DNA from: a bacterium
Lineage (GTDB): Bacteria > UBA8248 > JACPRG01 > G963555815
Assembly: GCA_965261595.1 (NCBI GenBank)
Contig: CBDHDG010000007.1
Coordinates: forward strand, 800,001-864,000
DNA length: 64,000 nucleotides
Reading direction: 5' to 3'
Made by a program: the position numbers and the translations under genes. Below, in pieces: positions 43,257-55,146 of this stretch. The stretch's first letter is position 1. Each line of letters opens with the position of its first letter. Under the pieces are notes generated by a model. That model worked only from the letters and a program-made list of their open reading frames with translations, did no database searches and had not been told where the DNA came from.

Positions 43257-46200
43257 GTGAACGGTTTGAGATCACGATCGCAAGGGCCAGGTAAACACTT
43301 GAAGGCGGTCGCGCACGATTGGGACAAGGATAAGACCCGGATCCTAGCGTCCAACACGGCGCAGGGTGTGCACAAACACCTCCGAACCCTGGAGTCCAAC
43401 CGCTCGCGCGTCCTTCCCCGCTGGATCTGGGAGCTTCTCCAGAACGCCCGGGACGTCGCGAACGGAGACGCGAGCCTGGTCGCCTCGGTGGAGGTGTGCA
43501 ACGGAGAGCTGATTTTCTGTCACAACGGACGCGGATTTGAACCCGACGAGATCACGCACCTCATCTACTACGGCTCCACGAAACTCGAGCAGAAAGACCC
43601 GATCGGCCAATTCGGCAGCGGATTTCTGACCACCCACCTGCTGTCCCTCACCATCGACGTGTCCGGGCAACTGACCGACGGCCAAACATTCGCTTTCCGG
43701 CTCGACCGGAGTGGCGATACTGTGGCCGACCTGCAGCAACGCATGGACGCCTCGTTCGAGGCCTTCAAGTGCTCTTTGGCACCTGCGGGCGACGGTAATG
43801 TTGCTGGAGCTGGAGCGGCCACCACGTTTCGGTACCCGATCGACGAGCGTGCTTCGGAGGCTGTGCAGAAGGGTGTACAGGCCTTGGAGCTAACCGGACC
43901 CTACGTGGCCGCTGTCAACCAGGAGTTCAAGCGCATTCAATTCCTGACGGCGGAGTCCGGAGTCGTTCTCGAACTGAGGAACCGACGCTGCCTCGCCGAA
44001 CACATCGAGCAAGTGGAAGTCAATGTCTCAGCGCAAGATAGCGCGGGAGAGGAGCGTTGTAGCCAAGTCGTCGCCGAATTCGATGGGGTAGCCGTGACGG
44101 TCCCCTTCGAACGCCGAGGCGAGGATGTGGCCCTGGTGCCGCCGACAAACGGGCCTAAGCTGCTGTTGGGGTTTCCGCTGATCGGGACGGAAGACTTCAG
44201 CTTCCCCGCGGTCGTTCACAGCCTTCGGTTCTCGCCCACCGAGGAGCGAGACGGGGTCTATCTCGGACAGAGCGACGATCAGGTCAACCAAGAGAATCAG
44301 GCAGTTCTCGAACAGGCTTGTCGGCTGCTTCTTTCGATCATCGGATTCGCGGCGGAGTCGGGCTGGTCGCGCATCCATGTACTCGCCGAATTACCGCCCG
44401 TCCGTGCGCAGCGTTGGCTGGACGAGGCTTGGTTGCGAAATTGCCTCAGGACACATCTGGTCGATCCGATCCGCACCACGCCGTCGGTTCTGACCGAGTC
44501 TGACAGCGTCATCGCGCCGATCGACTCCACGATGCCGATGGCCAACTCCCCTGAGGCGGTGAACCGTTTGTGGTTGCTGGCCCGCGCTCTGACGACTCTG
44601 AAGGACAGACTTCCCAGGCAGGCGGAGGTGCAGGCTGGTGTAGTGCGGCCCGAAGCTGGACGGCCCTGCAGGATTGCCTCCCCGGCGAACTCAAAGAGAT
44701 GACGATGGACGGACGCGATCTCGCTGCTCACGCCGAGGACGTGGGATCGACGGATGCGTTGCAAGCCCAGATCGAAGACGGCGACGCGACGAGTTGGCTG
44801 GACGAGCTTTACGGGTTCCTGTCGACCAACGGCTTCGACGACGCGCTTCGAGGTCTAAAGATTGTCCCGAACCAGAACGGTCGGTTCAGCACGCTCACGA
44901 ATCTGCAACGTGACCGGGACATACCCGGCGAGTTGAAGGAGATCGCACAGCTCGTCGGCTGGGATCTCCGTGGGGAGCTGCGGGACACGGGCTTCCGTAC
45001 ACTCGCCGACGAACCTGGAGCGGGAGACGTCGATGGAGACGTTGTCATCCTGAAGCTGATCGACCATCTAAGCGAACGCATGGAGAATGCGCTCGACGAC
45101 GATTCCAAGGTCGCCAGCGTCCGGCTCTTCGGATGGCTCGCAGCGAACGGTCGATGGCGTCACCTCGAAGGATTCCCCGCGTTCTCGGACGAAGGTGCCT
45201 CAAGCACTCCCATGAAGCTGCTGCGACACGAGGACGATGCGTCTGAGCGGCGGCCCCTCGCACCCATGCGGACATGGGTGAAACCGCTTCGGCAATACGC
45301 GGACCTTTTCCCGAGACGCCGCATATTGGCTGACGACTTCGCCGCCGGACTCGACAGCCCTTCCATATGGTCCGCCCTGGACAAGTGCGGCTTTCTCCGC
45401 ACGAGTGTCCTGTACACCCGAACGGTACCGTTCGACGGATTTCTTCCGGACGAACCCCTGCCCGAAGACGACGAGGGCGAGGTCGAGCACAAGGTAGACG
45501 GCACCGTCGAGGTCACGGACGTCGCCTTTCTGTCAGGGGGCGACATTGCAATCCTGTCTAGGGTCCGCCAGAGCCGGAACTTGGCACAGCTCTTCTGGGA
45601 CTTTCTGGCTCAATGGCTTGCGGTCGAGGATGCCCAAGGACTTAAGGCCCAGGAGTCGATGTGTGTATGCGGATCGACTCACCGCTACTACCCGGCCGCG
45701 TGGCTCATTCCCGTCGCACGTAACCAATGGGTTCCGCTGGGACGCCGGCGCGCCGACCGGGTCAGCGCACACTCCCTCGCGAATCTCGTCCGCGACAGCG
45801 GATGGCCGGTGGACCTCCTGCGAACGAGTCCGCAGGTCATTACTCTCCTGAAGGCGCTCCGGGTCGGCGTGCCTGAACTCATCATGGAGCTCTTCACGAC
45901 GGACAACGAGGAGCGAGAGTCTCTGGACAAGACGCTCGCGCAACTGCTGACGTCGGTCGGCAGCGACTGGGACCGTTTGCAGGCGCTCGCCGAGGACATT
46001 CAGGAGGACGGGGAACTCTTCGACCACCTCGATGAACGTCGGCACCGCCGTCGCATCGTACGCGAAAATCAGAGACTAGGAGCGCTCGTCGAGGAACTGG
46101 TCAGGGAGAGCCTAGAGGGCGAGGGCTTCAATGTCCGACGTACGGGCGTCGGCTCGGACTTCGCCATACAGCTTCGGCCGACGGTGGAAGATGAGGAGAT

Positions 46201-46627
46201 CCAGCTCGAGTTGACCCGAGACGGTCGGACTTGGCTAGTCGAGATCAAGTCCGCTCGCGAGGACAGTGTGAGGATGACCTCCGTCCAGGCGCGAACCTCT
46301 GTAGTACACGACTCAGACTACCTGCTTTGTGTTGTGCCGATCAGCCCTGGACCAGAGGATCCGGACAAGGATGCCGTTCGCCGAAGCATGCGTTTCGTCG
46401 ACGGAATTGGCGCCCGCCTCGCGGACATCTGCGCCGATCTGGACCGATTCGAGAGCTTACGCGACAGAGTCACGGTCGAAGACTCGGCGGGACTCCGCCT
46501 GGAGCTCGATTCGGGCTCGCCGCGCATCCGCATCGACAACACGGTGTGGGAGGCCGGATTCGGGCTTGAGAACCTGCTCTCCCGACTGACCGCACCGGAC
46601 AGCGGTGGCGGCAGTGCCGCCAGCTAG
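43257..46627 (+). CDS. Sacsin/GHKL-type ATPase with C-terminal DUF3883-like nuclease; one frameshift near 44633
   Basis: RWIWELLQNARD, HNGRGF and GQFGSGFLTTHLLS GHKL motifs; C-terminal GSDFAI..LVEIKS. Confidence 0.72.
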
Positions 46628-47010
46628 AAGGCCAAGCGACGCTGTCGGAGCTGAGAGGTTCGTATCCCTGCCGAGAGTGGCGTGTCATCACCGTGTTGAT
46701 CGTCATGGGTAAGGACGCGACAGGAAACGACAGACGTCGCCATTGGGCGTCACAGGGCGCGGAATTTCGGGTCGGACGCGGTGTTGCAATGGTGTTGACC
46801 GCTGGTTGGTCACGACCGACTCGTTTTCTTGCGCTCGTATAACTTATTGAAATAAAGCCTGTTTTTTCGGCCGAAAGAGCAGGATTCTCCCTAGACGGAA
46901 GCGTTGACTGTTTCGCTTGAGAACTCCAACGAGCAACAAAGCCTAAAAGAAATTGTCGAAAAGGAAAGTTTGCCAAGAGCGTATGAGGACAAATTAGAGG
47001 AACTCGAAGA

Positions 47011-47205
47011 ATGAGTCCCGCGATCTGGTCTCAAAAAAAGAATAAAGGACGACACTGTATAGTTTGCGGCCAGTCAAAAAAGTTACAGTTTGACAAAAGG
47101 ATCTGCTCGGAATGTCGGGAACTTCCAAGTGATGTCCGCCGTAAGAAGCGTGCAAAAAGAAAACCTCGAGGAAGTATAAGAGCCGTCTCTGGCGGTTTGC
47201 CGTCC
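47011..47205 (+). pseudogene. Small basic CxxC..CxxC ORF cut by IS
   Basis: GAGG RBS; CIVC and CSEC; runs into IS copy 5. Confidence 0.35.
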
Positions 47206-48249
47206 TGGACCGCCCCTGGGTTATTGGACACTCGGGTGAGGGTATTCGACCTCATGCGGCCTCCGCAACTTGAGCGAGTTTTTCCTGCCTTGCCTGGGCC
47301 GGCGTTCGGTAGCCGTAGCCCTCGAGAATCCAATGATGGTTATACAGGTTCTTGAACTCAAGCAGCGCCCACCGCAGTTCCTCTATGGTGGCGAAAGAGC
47401 GCACCCACAGGAGATTCTCCTTCAAGATGCGGATGAACCACTCACAGTAGCCATTTCCCTCGGGCGCCCGCACGAAGCTGGGCGAACTGGTCATGCCCAG
47501 GTAGGCGATCTCCCGCTGAAAGTCATCGGACAGATAGGCGGGGCCGTGGTCGTGACGAACTTTAAGCCCCTCGGCGACGTCCGCCTCCAAGCCGGCGAAG
47601 CGCTCGGCGACCCCCTGCCGGATCGGCTCCAGGGCCTCGAAGCGGTTGCCGCTCTTGGCCGCATGGATCCCCACGCAGTCCACCGAGCAGTGATCCACCG
47701 CCACGAACACCGAGGCCATCCCCTCCTCGGTGGTCACCGTCGTCGTCATGTGCGTGCCCCACATTCGGTCGGGCCGCTCGGTGCGGATGGTCCCGTTGTG
47801 GGCCTTGGGACCTCGGGGTTTGCCCACCCGGTGGGGGGCCTGAAGCCCCGCCTCCCGCATCAGGCGACGCACCCGCTCCTTGCTGGTGCGGATGCCCGCG
47901 AAGCGCAGCCTCGCCCACACCTTGCGGTAGCCCTCGCCATGGAAGGGAGAGTCCTCCAGGACCTGCCGGATGTGGCCGAGGAGTTCCGCATCGGTGCACG
48001 GGCCCACAGGGCCGCGCTTATTGGGCGTGGGGCGTCCATGAACGGGGACCGCCTCTCGCCGCCGTTGCGCGTAGACCGTGGAGCGCGCCAAGCCCCAAAG
48101 GGCGCACACCCGCTTCAGGCCGTAGGCTCTGCCCGTGGAGGTGAAGCGGGCCTGACTCATCGCCTCCACCTCCTGCCGGCTAAAGGGCGGCCGGCCTCCA
48201 GGCGGTCGATCTTCTCCCGCAGGACCTCGCCCTCCATCGTGAGTTCGCC
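47206..48249 (-). mobile_element. IS3-family element A, copy 5 (truncated in orfA)
   Basis: Right end and orfB present; cut by copy 6. Confidence 0.92.
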
Positions 48250-49653
48250 TGGACCGCCCCTGGGTTATTGGACACTCGGGTGAGGGTATTCGACCTCATG
48301 CGGCCTCCGCAACTTGAGCGAGTTTTTCCTGCCTTGCCTGGGCCGGCGTTCGGTAGCCGTAGCCCTCGAGAATCCAATGATGGTTGTACAGGTTCTTGAA
48401 CTCAAGCAGCGCCCACCGCAGTTCCTCTACGGTGGCGAAAGAGCGCACCCACAGGAGATTCTCCTTCAAGATGCGGATGAACCACTCACAGTAGCCATTT
48501 CCCTCGGGCGCCCGCACGAAGCTGGGCGAACTGGTCATGCCCAGGTAGGCGATCTCCCGCTGAAAGTCATCGGACAGATAGGCGGGGCCGTGGTCGTGAC
48601 GAACTTTAAGCCCCTCGGCGACGTCCGCCTCCAAGCCGGCGAAGCGCTCGGCGACCCCCTGCCGGATCGGCTCCAGGGCCTCGAAGCGGTTGCCGCTCTT
48701 GGCCGCATGGATCCCCACGCAGTCCACCGAGCAGTGATCCACCGCCACGAACACCGAGGCCATCCCCTCCTCGGTGGTCACCGTCGTCGTCATGTGCGTG
48801 CCCCACATTCGGTCGGGCCGCTCGGTGCGGATGGTCCCGTTGTGGGCCTTGGGACCTCGGGGTTTGCCCACCCGGTGGGGGGCCTGAAGCCCCGCCTCCC
48901 GCATCAGGCGACGCACCCGCTCCTTGCTGGTGCGGATGCCCGCGAAGCGCAGCCTCGCCCACACCTTGCGGTAGCCCTCGCCATGGAAGGGAGAGTCCTC
49001 CAGGACCTGCCGGATGTGGCCGAGGAGTTCCGCATCGGTGCACGGGCCCACAGGGCCGCGCTTATGGGGCGTGGGGCGTTCATGAACGGGGACCGCCTCT
49101 CGCCGCCGTTGCGCGTAGACCGTGGAGCGCGCCAAGCCCCAAAGGGCGCACACCCGCTTCAGGCCGTAGGCTCTGTCCGTGGAGGTGAAGCGGGCCTGAC
49201 TCATCGCCTCCACCTCCTGCCGGCTAAAGGGCGGCCGGCCTCCAGGCGGTCGATCTTCTCCCGCAGGACCTCGCCCTCCATCGTGAGTTCGCCCACCTTG
49301 GCCTTGAGCCGGGCGTTCTCCTCGTCCCGCTCATCCGCCGGGCGGGCTTTGAGCGCCGCCTCGCCCCCGCGAAGGAACGCCTCGCGCCAGGCGGAAAGCC
49401 GAGCCGCTGTCGTGCCCAACTCGCGGCAGAGCGTCTCCAGGCTCTCGCCCCGCAAAAGACGCAGGACCGCCTCCCGCTTGCGCTGGCAGGAGAACCGACC
49501 CCGCTCACTGCGATGCCCTGGGGCCTTGGCTCCGTTCGCCCTACGGGCGCCCTCCGCCAAAGCCCCCTCTTGCTTTTGTTCGTTCATCGCGACACCCCTT
49601 TCTCCATGAATCATGGATCAATCGAGTGTCCAACAAAACCCTAGAGCGGGGGA
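48250..49653 (-). mobile_element. IS3-family element A, copy 6 (WGTH allele)
   Basis: 1404 bp; CGCC on both sides. Confidence 0.95.
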
Positions 49654-49796
49654 CGCCCTTGGCAAGGGACGTTAATCACTTCTTCCTGTTTTATCTCCAA
49701 ATTAGGTGTACACTTAGGTATCTTCCCGGACAACTGAACTCGTTCAAAGGGGGTGTGAGGTCCCCGAAGACAGAAGAAGACAGAGCGGTAGGAACC

Positions 49797-50030
49797 ATGA
49801 CAACGTCAGAGAAGAAGGTTGTGAATCATCAACTCATCGCCCTACAGCTAGCCTAGGCCCTGGGCAACGTATCGGAGGCCTGCCGGCGGCGGGGGGCATG
49901 AGCCGCAGCTAGTTCTACGAGTACAAGCGCCGCTTTCAGACCCACGGGGTGGAGGGCCTCAGAGACCTGCTCCCGATACACATCTCCCAGCCCTTCACCA
50001 TCCCGCCCGAGGTGGTGAAGTCGAACCTGA
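49797..50030 (+). mobile_element. IS481-family transposase N-terminal remnant
   Basis: LQLA*ALGNVSEACRRRG / MSRS*FYEYKRRFQTHGVEGL HTH with stops and a frameshift. Confidence 0.7.
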
Positions 50031-50046
50031 TGCCGGAGACAAAGAG

Positions 50047-50625
50047 ATGGAATCTTTCGAACAGCATCTCAAAGAATTTGTTGAATTTTCTACCAGCGCC
50101 CTTCAAACAGAGGACGAGTTTCTCCGCAAAGCCTTCTCGCAATATGTGAACACCCAACATTACGGGGATTGGCCCCATGGGATCACGATTCTATTTGAGA
50201 CGACATTGGTCTATTTCATTTTTCGGGAATTGCTTTCAAGAAAATTTCCTTTGGAAGTACTTTGGGAGCACGAATACCCGTCAAATCGCAGTTTGAAGGC
50301 CGACCTAGCATTGAGAGATATCCGGGGAGGCATGTTAAAAGAGCAGGCATTTCTAGAATTCAAGATTTGGAAATCCGATACAACCGAAGAAATCTCAACT
50401 GACATCAAGAAATTGAAAGATAATCTTGGTGATTACAAAGAAGCCCCAACCCAAGCGTTTGTTTTTATTTTTTGGTGGGAGCCCGAGCAGAATGAAGAAG
50501 ACAATTTGAAATGGCTCGAGAATGAATTGGGGATCGATTTATTCAAAAGTTCAAGTTTTCGGACGAAATGGAAGGGGTCGAGTTATCGCATGGCGACTCT
50601 AGCCCTTTTTGAAGTTCGGCTCTAA
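50047..50625 (+). CDS. Low-GC hypothetical protein, PD-(D/E)xK-like
   Basis: EHEYP..KADLAL..FLEFK..DIKKL pattern; AT-rich codon usage. Confidence 0.55.
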   Translation: MESFEQHLKEFVEFSTSALQTEDEFLRKAFSQYVNTQHYGDWPHGITILFETTLVYFIFRELLSRKFPLEVLWEHEYPSNRSLKADLALRDIRGGMLKEQAFLEFKIWKSDTTEEISTDIKKLKDNLGDYKEAPTQAFVFIFWWEPEQNEEDNLKWLENELGIDLFKSSSFRTKWKGSSYRMATLALFEVRL

Positions 50626-51180
50626 ATCAAGCGGTGAGCTTCTTGTATTCTAGTACTTCGGTGTTCATGATGCGCTTAAGAGTATCGTAGATATGTACAG
50701 ATTGGGTATTTGCCTGACACTGCTGCCTCAATGGCGGACCTTGTTGCCGATAGTACGCATGGGCAGACCCCCAGAAAATCGAGGTTGACACGGGCTTGGG
50801 GATTTGCTACAAGGAGGGTCTGTGAGGTCCTCTCTTGTAGCAACGCCCCGGGGTTCCCTCGGGGCTTCCACCCTTTGAAGTTCCATATACCACATGTAGT
50901 GGGTCGGATTCAATTTTCGAGGGACCACCATATCTTGTGTCTTACTGCGTCAAGGGCATAATCACGATTTATTCAAAAGTTCAAGTTTTCGGACGAAATG
51001 GAAGGGGTCGAGTTATCGCATGGCGACTCTAGCCCTTTTTGAAGTTCGGCTCTAAATCAAGCGGTGAGCTTCTTGTATTCTAGTACTTCGGTGTTCATGA
51101 TGCGCTTAAGAGTATCGTAGATATGTACAGATTGGGTATTTGCCTGACACTGCTGCCTCAATGGCGGACCTTGTTGCCGA
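50535..51180. repeat. 216-bp direct repeat (50535-50750 = 50965-51180) around a 214-bp insert
   Basis: Identical by eye at offset 430. Confidence 0.9.
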
Positions 51181-51181
51181 G

Positions 51182-53789
51182 TTACGCCGCACCCGATCTC
51201 CAACCCTCACCCAGAATATCCACCGCGATGCTCCCTGCAATACGCTCCGCAGCCTCCTGCACCGAATCCCGCGCCAGATGGGCGTACCGGGCCGTGGTCT
51301 CGACCTGGCTGTGGCCCAACAGCTTTCCGATCATCGGCAAGCTCTCGCCCAGCGCCAGTGCACGGCTGGCATACGAATGACGTAGATCATGAATTCGAAA
51401 GTCCTCCAAGCCGGCCCGCGCCCGGATGACCTGCCAGGCCTGATCCACGTTGCTCATATGCGTGCCCGGCTTCCGGCCGGGAATGACACACGGGTTGGCC
51501 TCCCCCGCTCTAGGGTTTTGTTGGACACTCGATTGATCCATGATTCATGGAGAAAGGGGTGTCGCGATGAACGAACAAAAGCAAGAGGGGGCTTTGGCGG
51601 AGGGCGCCCGCAGGGCGAACGGAGCCAAGGCCCCAGGGCATCGCAGTGAGCGGGGTCGGTTCTCCTGCCAGCGCAAGCGGGAGGCGGTCCTGCGTCTTTT
51701 GCGGGGCGAGAGCCTGGAGACGCTCTGCCGCGAGTTGGGCACGACAGCGGCTCGGCTTTCCGCCTGGCGCGAGGCGTTCCTTCGCGGGGGCGAGGCGGCG
51801 CTCAAAGCCCGCCCGGCGGATGAGCGGGACGAGGAGAACGCCCGGCTCAAGGCCAAGGTGGGCGAACTCACGATGGAGGGCGAGGTCCTGCGGGAGAAGA
51901 TCGACCGCCTGGAGGCCGGCCGCCCTTTAGCCGGCAGGAGGTGGAGGCGATGAGTCAGGCCCGCTTCACCTCCACGGGCAGAGCCTACGGCCTGAAGCGG
52001 GTGTGCGCCCTTTGGGGCTTGGCGCGCTCCACGGTCTACGCGCAACGGCGGCGAGAGGCGGTCCCCGTTCATGAACGCCCCACGCCCAATAAGCGCGGCC
52101 CTGTGGGCCCGTGCACCGATGCGGAACTCCTCGGCCACATCCGGCAGGTCCTGGAGGACTCTCCCTTCCATGGCGAGGGCTACCGCAAGGTGTGGGCGAG
52201 GCTGCGCTTCGCGGGCATCCGCACCAGCAAGGAGCGGGTGCGTCGCCTGATGCGGGAGGCGGGGCTTCAGGCCCCCCACCGGGTGGGCAAACCCCGAGGT
52301 CCCAAGGCCCACAACGGGACCATCCGCACCGAGCGGCCCGACCGAATGTGGGGCACGGACATGACGACGACGGTGACCACCGAGGAGGGGATGGCCTCGG
52401 TGTTCGTGGCGGTGGATCACTGCTCGGTGGACTGCGTGGGGATCCATGCGGCCAAGAGCGGCAACCGCTTCGAGGCCCTGGAGCCGATCCGGCAGGGGGT
52501 CGCCGAGCGCTTCGCCGGCTTGGAGGCGGATGTCGCCGAGGGGCTTAAAGTTCGTCACGACCACGGCCCCGCCTATCTGTCCGATGACTTTCAGCGGGAG
52601 ATCGCCTACCTGGGCATGACCAGTTCGCCCAGCTTCGTGCGGGCGCCCGAGGGAAATGGCTACTGTGAGTGGTTTATCCGCATCTTGAAGGAGAATCTCC
52701 TGTGGGTGCGCTCTTTCGCCACCGTAGAGGAACTGCGGTGGGCGCTGCTTGAGTTCAAGAACCTGTACAACCATCATTGGATTCTCGAGGGCTACGGCTA
52801 CCGAACGCCGGCCCAGGCAAGGCAGGAAAAACTCGCTCAAGTTGCGGAGGCCGCATGAGGTCGAATACCCTCACCCGAGTGTCCAATAACCCAGGGGCGG
52901 TCCAGGCCGGTTCTCGCGGCAGACCGGAAAGAAGCCTCACCGCCGAGGGCGACAATGGAACCACCCGTGCGCCCGTCTTGGCGTCGGGCAGTCTCAATTC
53001 GTTCTGATCCAGCGCCACGTCCTCCCACCGAAGGGTCAGGATCTCGTTCTTCCGGCATCCGGTCAGCATAAGCAGACGGAGAGCGATCACCGCGGATGCC
53101 GACGCGCCGCCCCGGGTCTCGACCTCATCCAGCACCTTTCCCAGGCGGGTGAACTCGCCATCGGTCAGAAACCTTTCCCGCTTGCGCTCGGGAAACCTGA
53201 CCGCCAACCGGCAGGGGTTGCATCCCTCCGGAACGAGCCCCCAGCTCTCGGCCAGCCTGTACATCAGCGACAGGGTGCGGACCACCATGTTCGCCATCGC
53301 AGGGGTCTCGTAGAGTTCGTCATGCAGCTCCATGACCCGTGCGCGGCTGACCGCCTCCAGCGGTAGCTGACCGAGGGCGGGCACGATATGACGATTCACC
53401 ACCGTGCGGGTCGACTTCATGGTGCTCGGCTTGTAGCGCACCGCCACGTGCTCTTCGAGAAACCGCCTCGCAAGCTGGCCCACTGTCGGCCCACCGGACA
53501 GCTTCACCGCCATGGGCTCGGGCACCGGCTCCTCGCCGGCCTTGACCCGGGCGATGATCAGAGCCGCCCGCTGACGTGCCTGCTCCGCGCCGAGCACCCC
53601 GTGCCGGCCCACCGTGACCCGCTTCGGTCCCCCCGGTCCCCGGGCCTGGGCGACATAGACCTTGCCGCCCGCGGGATAGACCCGCACCCCGAAGCCGGTG
53701 AGCTCGTGATCCCAGAACACCGTGTCTTTTTCTACCTTCAGCTTCTCGACCGTGCGGTTCGAGAGCGTCTTGTATTCCAGCTTCGCCAT
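51182..53789 (-). pseudogene. Tyrosine integrase (arm-binding N-terminal domain) split by IS
   Basis: LTGCRKNEIL before the IS; HDLRHSYAS..LLGH..TARY after it; TSD GGCC. Confidence 0.9.
51501..52904 (+). mobile_element. IS3-family element A, copy 7 (orfB open, WGTD)
   Basis: 1404 bp; TSD GGCC. Confidence 0.95.
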
Positions 53790-53800
53790 GTCATCCAGCC

Positions 53801-54985
53801 TCATGCCGCCTCGGTGCTCCGCGGTCCGATGTGGGCGCCGATGCTGTCGCCCACCCGGGTCGCGGCCTCCTTCTCCGCGTCACGCATCAGGTGTGCGTAC
53901 CGCGCCGTGCTCGACACCTTCCTGTGACCGAGCAGCTTGCCGATCGTGGGCAGGCTCTCGCCCAGCGCCAGGGCCCTCGATGCATAGCTGTGCCGGATGT
54001 CGTGAATCCGGACGTCATCCAAGCCGGCCTGCGCCCGGATGGGTTGCCAGTAGTGGTCGAGGTTCGTCAGACCGGTCCCCGGCCTTTGTCCGACAAGCAC
54101 CCAGGGAGTGCCTTCGATACGGGGAATGCCGTTAAGCACTCTCAGCACGTGTCCGGTTAGGGGCGCCATGCGCGGACCCGACTTGGCGTCCCTGAGCCTC
54201 AACTCGCCCGCCGTCCGGTCCACGTCGTCCAAGCGCAACGTCAGGATCTCGCTCTTCCGGCATCCGGTCAGTAGCAGCAGCCGGAGCGCCGCAATCACCG
54301 GCGGCCACACCGAGCCGTCCGTTTCCGCGTCCCTCAACACACGGCCCAGCCGCCGGAACTCCTCCGGCGTCAGAAACCGCTCGCACGACCTCTCCTTGTA
54401 GCGGCGCACCGACCGGCACGGGTTCCGGCCGGGCGGCAGTCTTTCCCAGGCTTCCGCCAACGAGAACATTCTCGACAGAACCTTGACCGTCCGGTTGGCC
54501 ATTGCAGGCGTGTCACGAAGCCGGTGATGCAGCGCGGAAATCTCTCTTCGTCCTACCTCGTTGATTGACATCGCGCCCAGGGTGGGAAGAATGTGCTTGT
54601 CGAGCACGCACCGGTACGTTGCAACGGTGCTCGGCTTGCAATGCACCTTGACATGGGTGCGCAGGAACCGTTCGGACAGTTCGGCCAACGTGAGCTCCGG
54701 CTCGGGCGGCGCGGGCACGGGGTCCTCCCCCCGCTTGATGCGGTCGATGACCACGGCCGCCCGCTTCCTCGCCTCCTCGGTCGACATGTCCCCATGCCGT
54801 CCGAGGGTCACTCGCTTCGGTCCGGCCGGCCCCCGGGACTGCACTACGTAGACCTTGCGACCCGTGGCATGGACCCGCACCCCGAAGCCCGCCAGGTCCC
54901 GGTCCCAGAAGACGCCATCCTTGGCATCGACGGTGAGTGCATCCACGGTGCGTTTGGTGATCCTGAGCTCGCTCCTTCTGGGCAT
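53801..54985 (-). CDS. Tyrosine integrase, intact
   Basis: FWDRDLAGFGVRV arm-binding domain; TGCRKSEI, HDIRHSYAS, LLGH and TARY motifs; GGAG RBS. Confidence 0.92.
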   Translation of the reverse strand: MPRRSELRITKRTVDALTVDAKDGVFWDRDLAGFGVRVHATGRKVYVVQSRGPAGPKRVTLGRHGDMSTEEARKRAAVVIDRIKRGEDPVPAPPEPELTLAELSERFLRTHVKVHCKPSTVATYRCVLDKHILPTLGAMSINEVGRREISALHHRLRDTPAMANRTVKVLSRMFSLAEAWERLPPGRNPCRSVRRYKERSCERFLTPEEFRRLGRVLRDAETDGSVWPPVIAALRLLLLTGCRKSEILTLRLDDVDRTAGELRLRDAKSGPRMAPLTGHVLRVLNGIPRIEGTPWVLVGQRPGTGLTNLDHYWQPIRAQAGLDDVRIHDIRHSYASRALALGESLPTIGKLLGHRKVSSTARYAHLMRDAEKEAATRVGDSIGAHIGPRSTEAA

Positions 54986-55146
54986 GGTCGCTCCTTGCCT
55001 TTGTTCTATGGTGATTCGGTATGCAATTCCGTAATCAAATAGAACACACGCTGCATCAAATCGGTGCGTATTTGAGCACAAGCGTGGCGGGAATGCAAGG
55101 AGCAAGAGACGGGGTAATGAAAAATAAATTCAATGTTTACAGCACT

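Noticed and set aside
51182..54985. Prophage
   Set aside because: No structural, terminase, lysis or replication genes near the integrases
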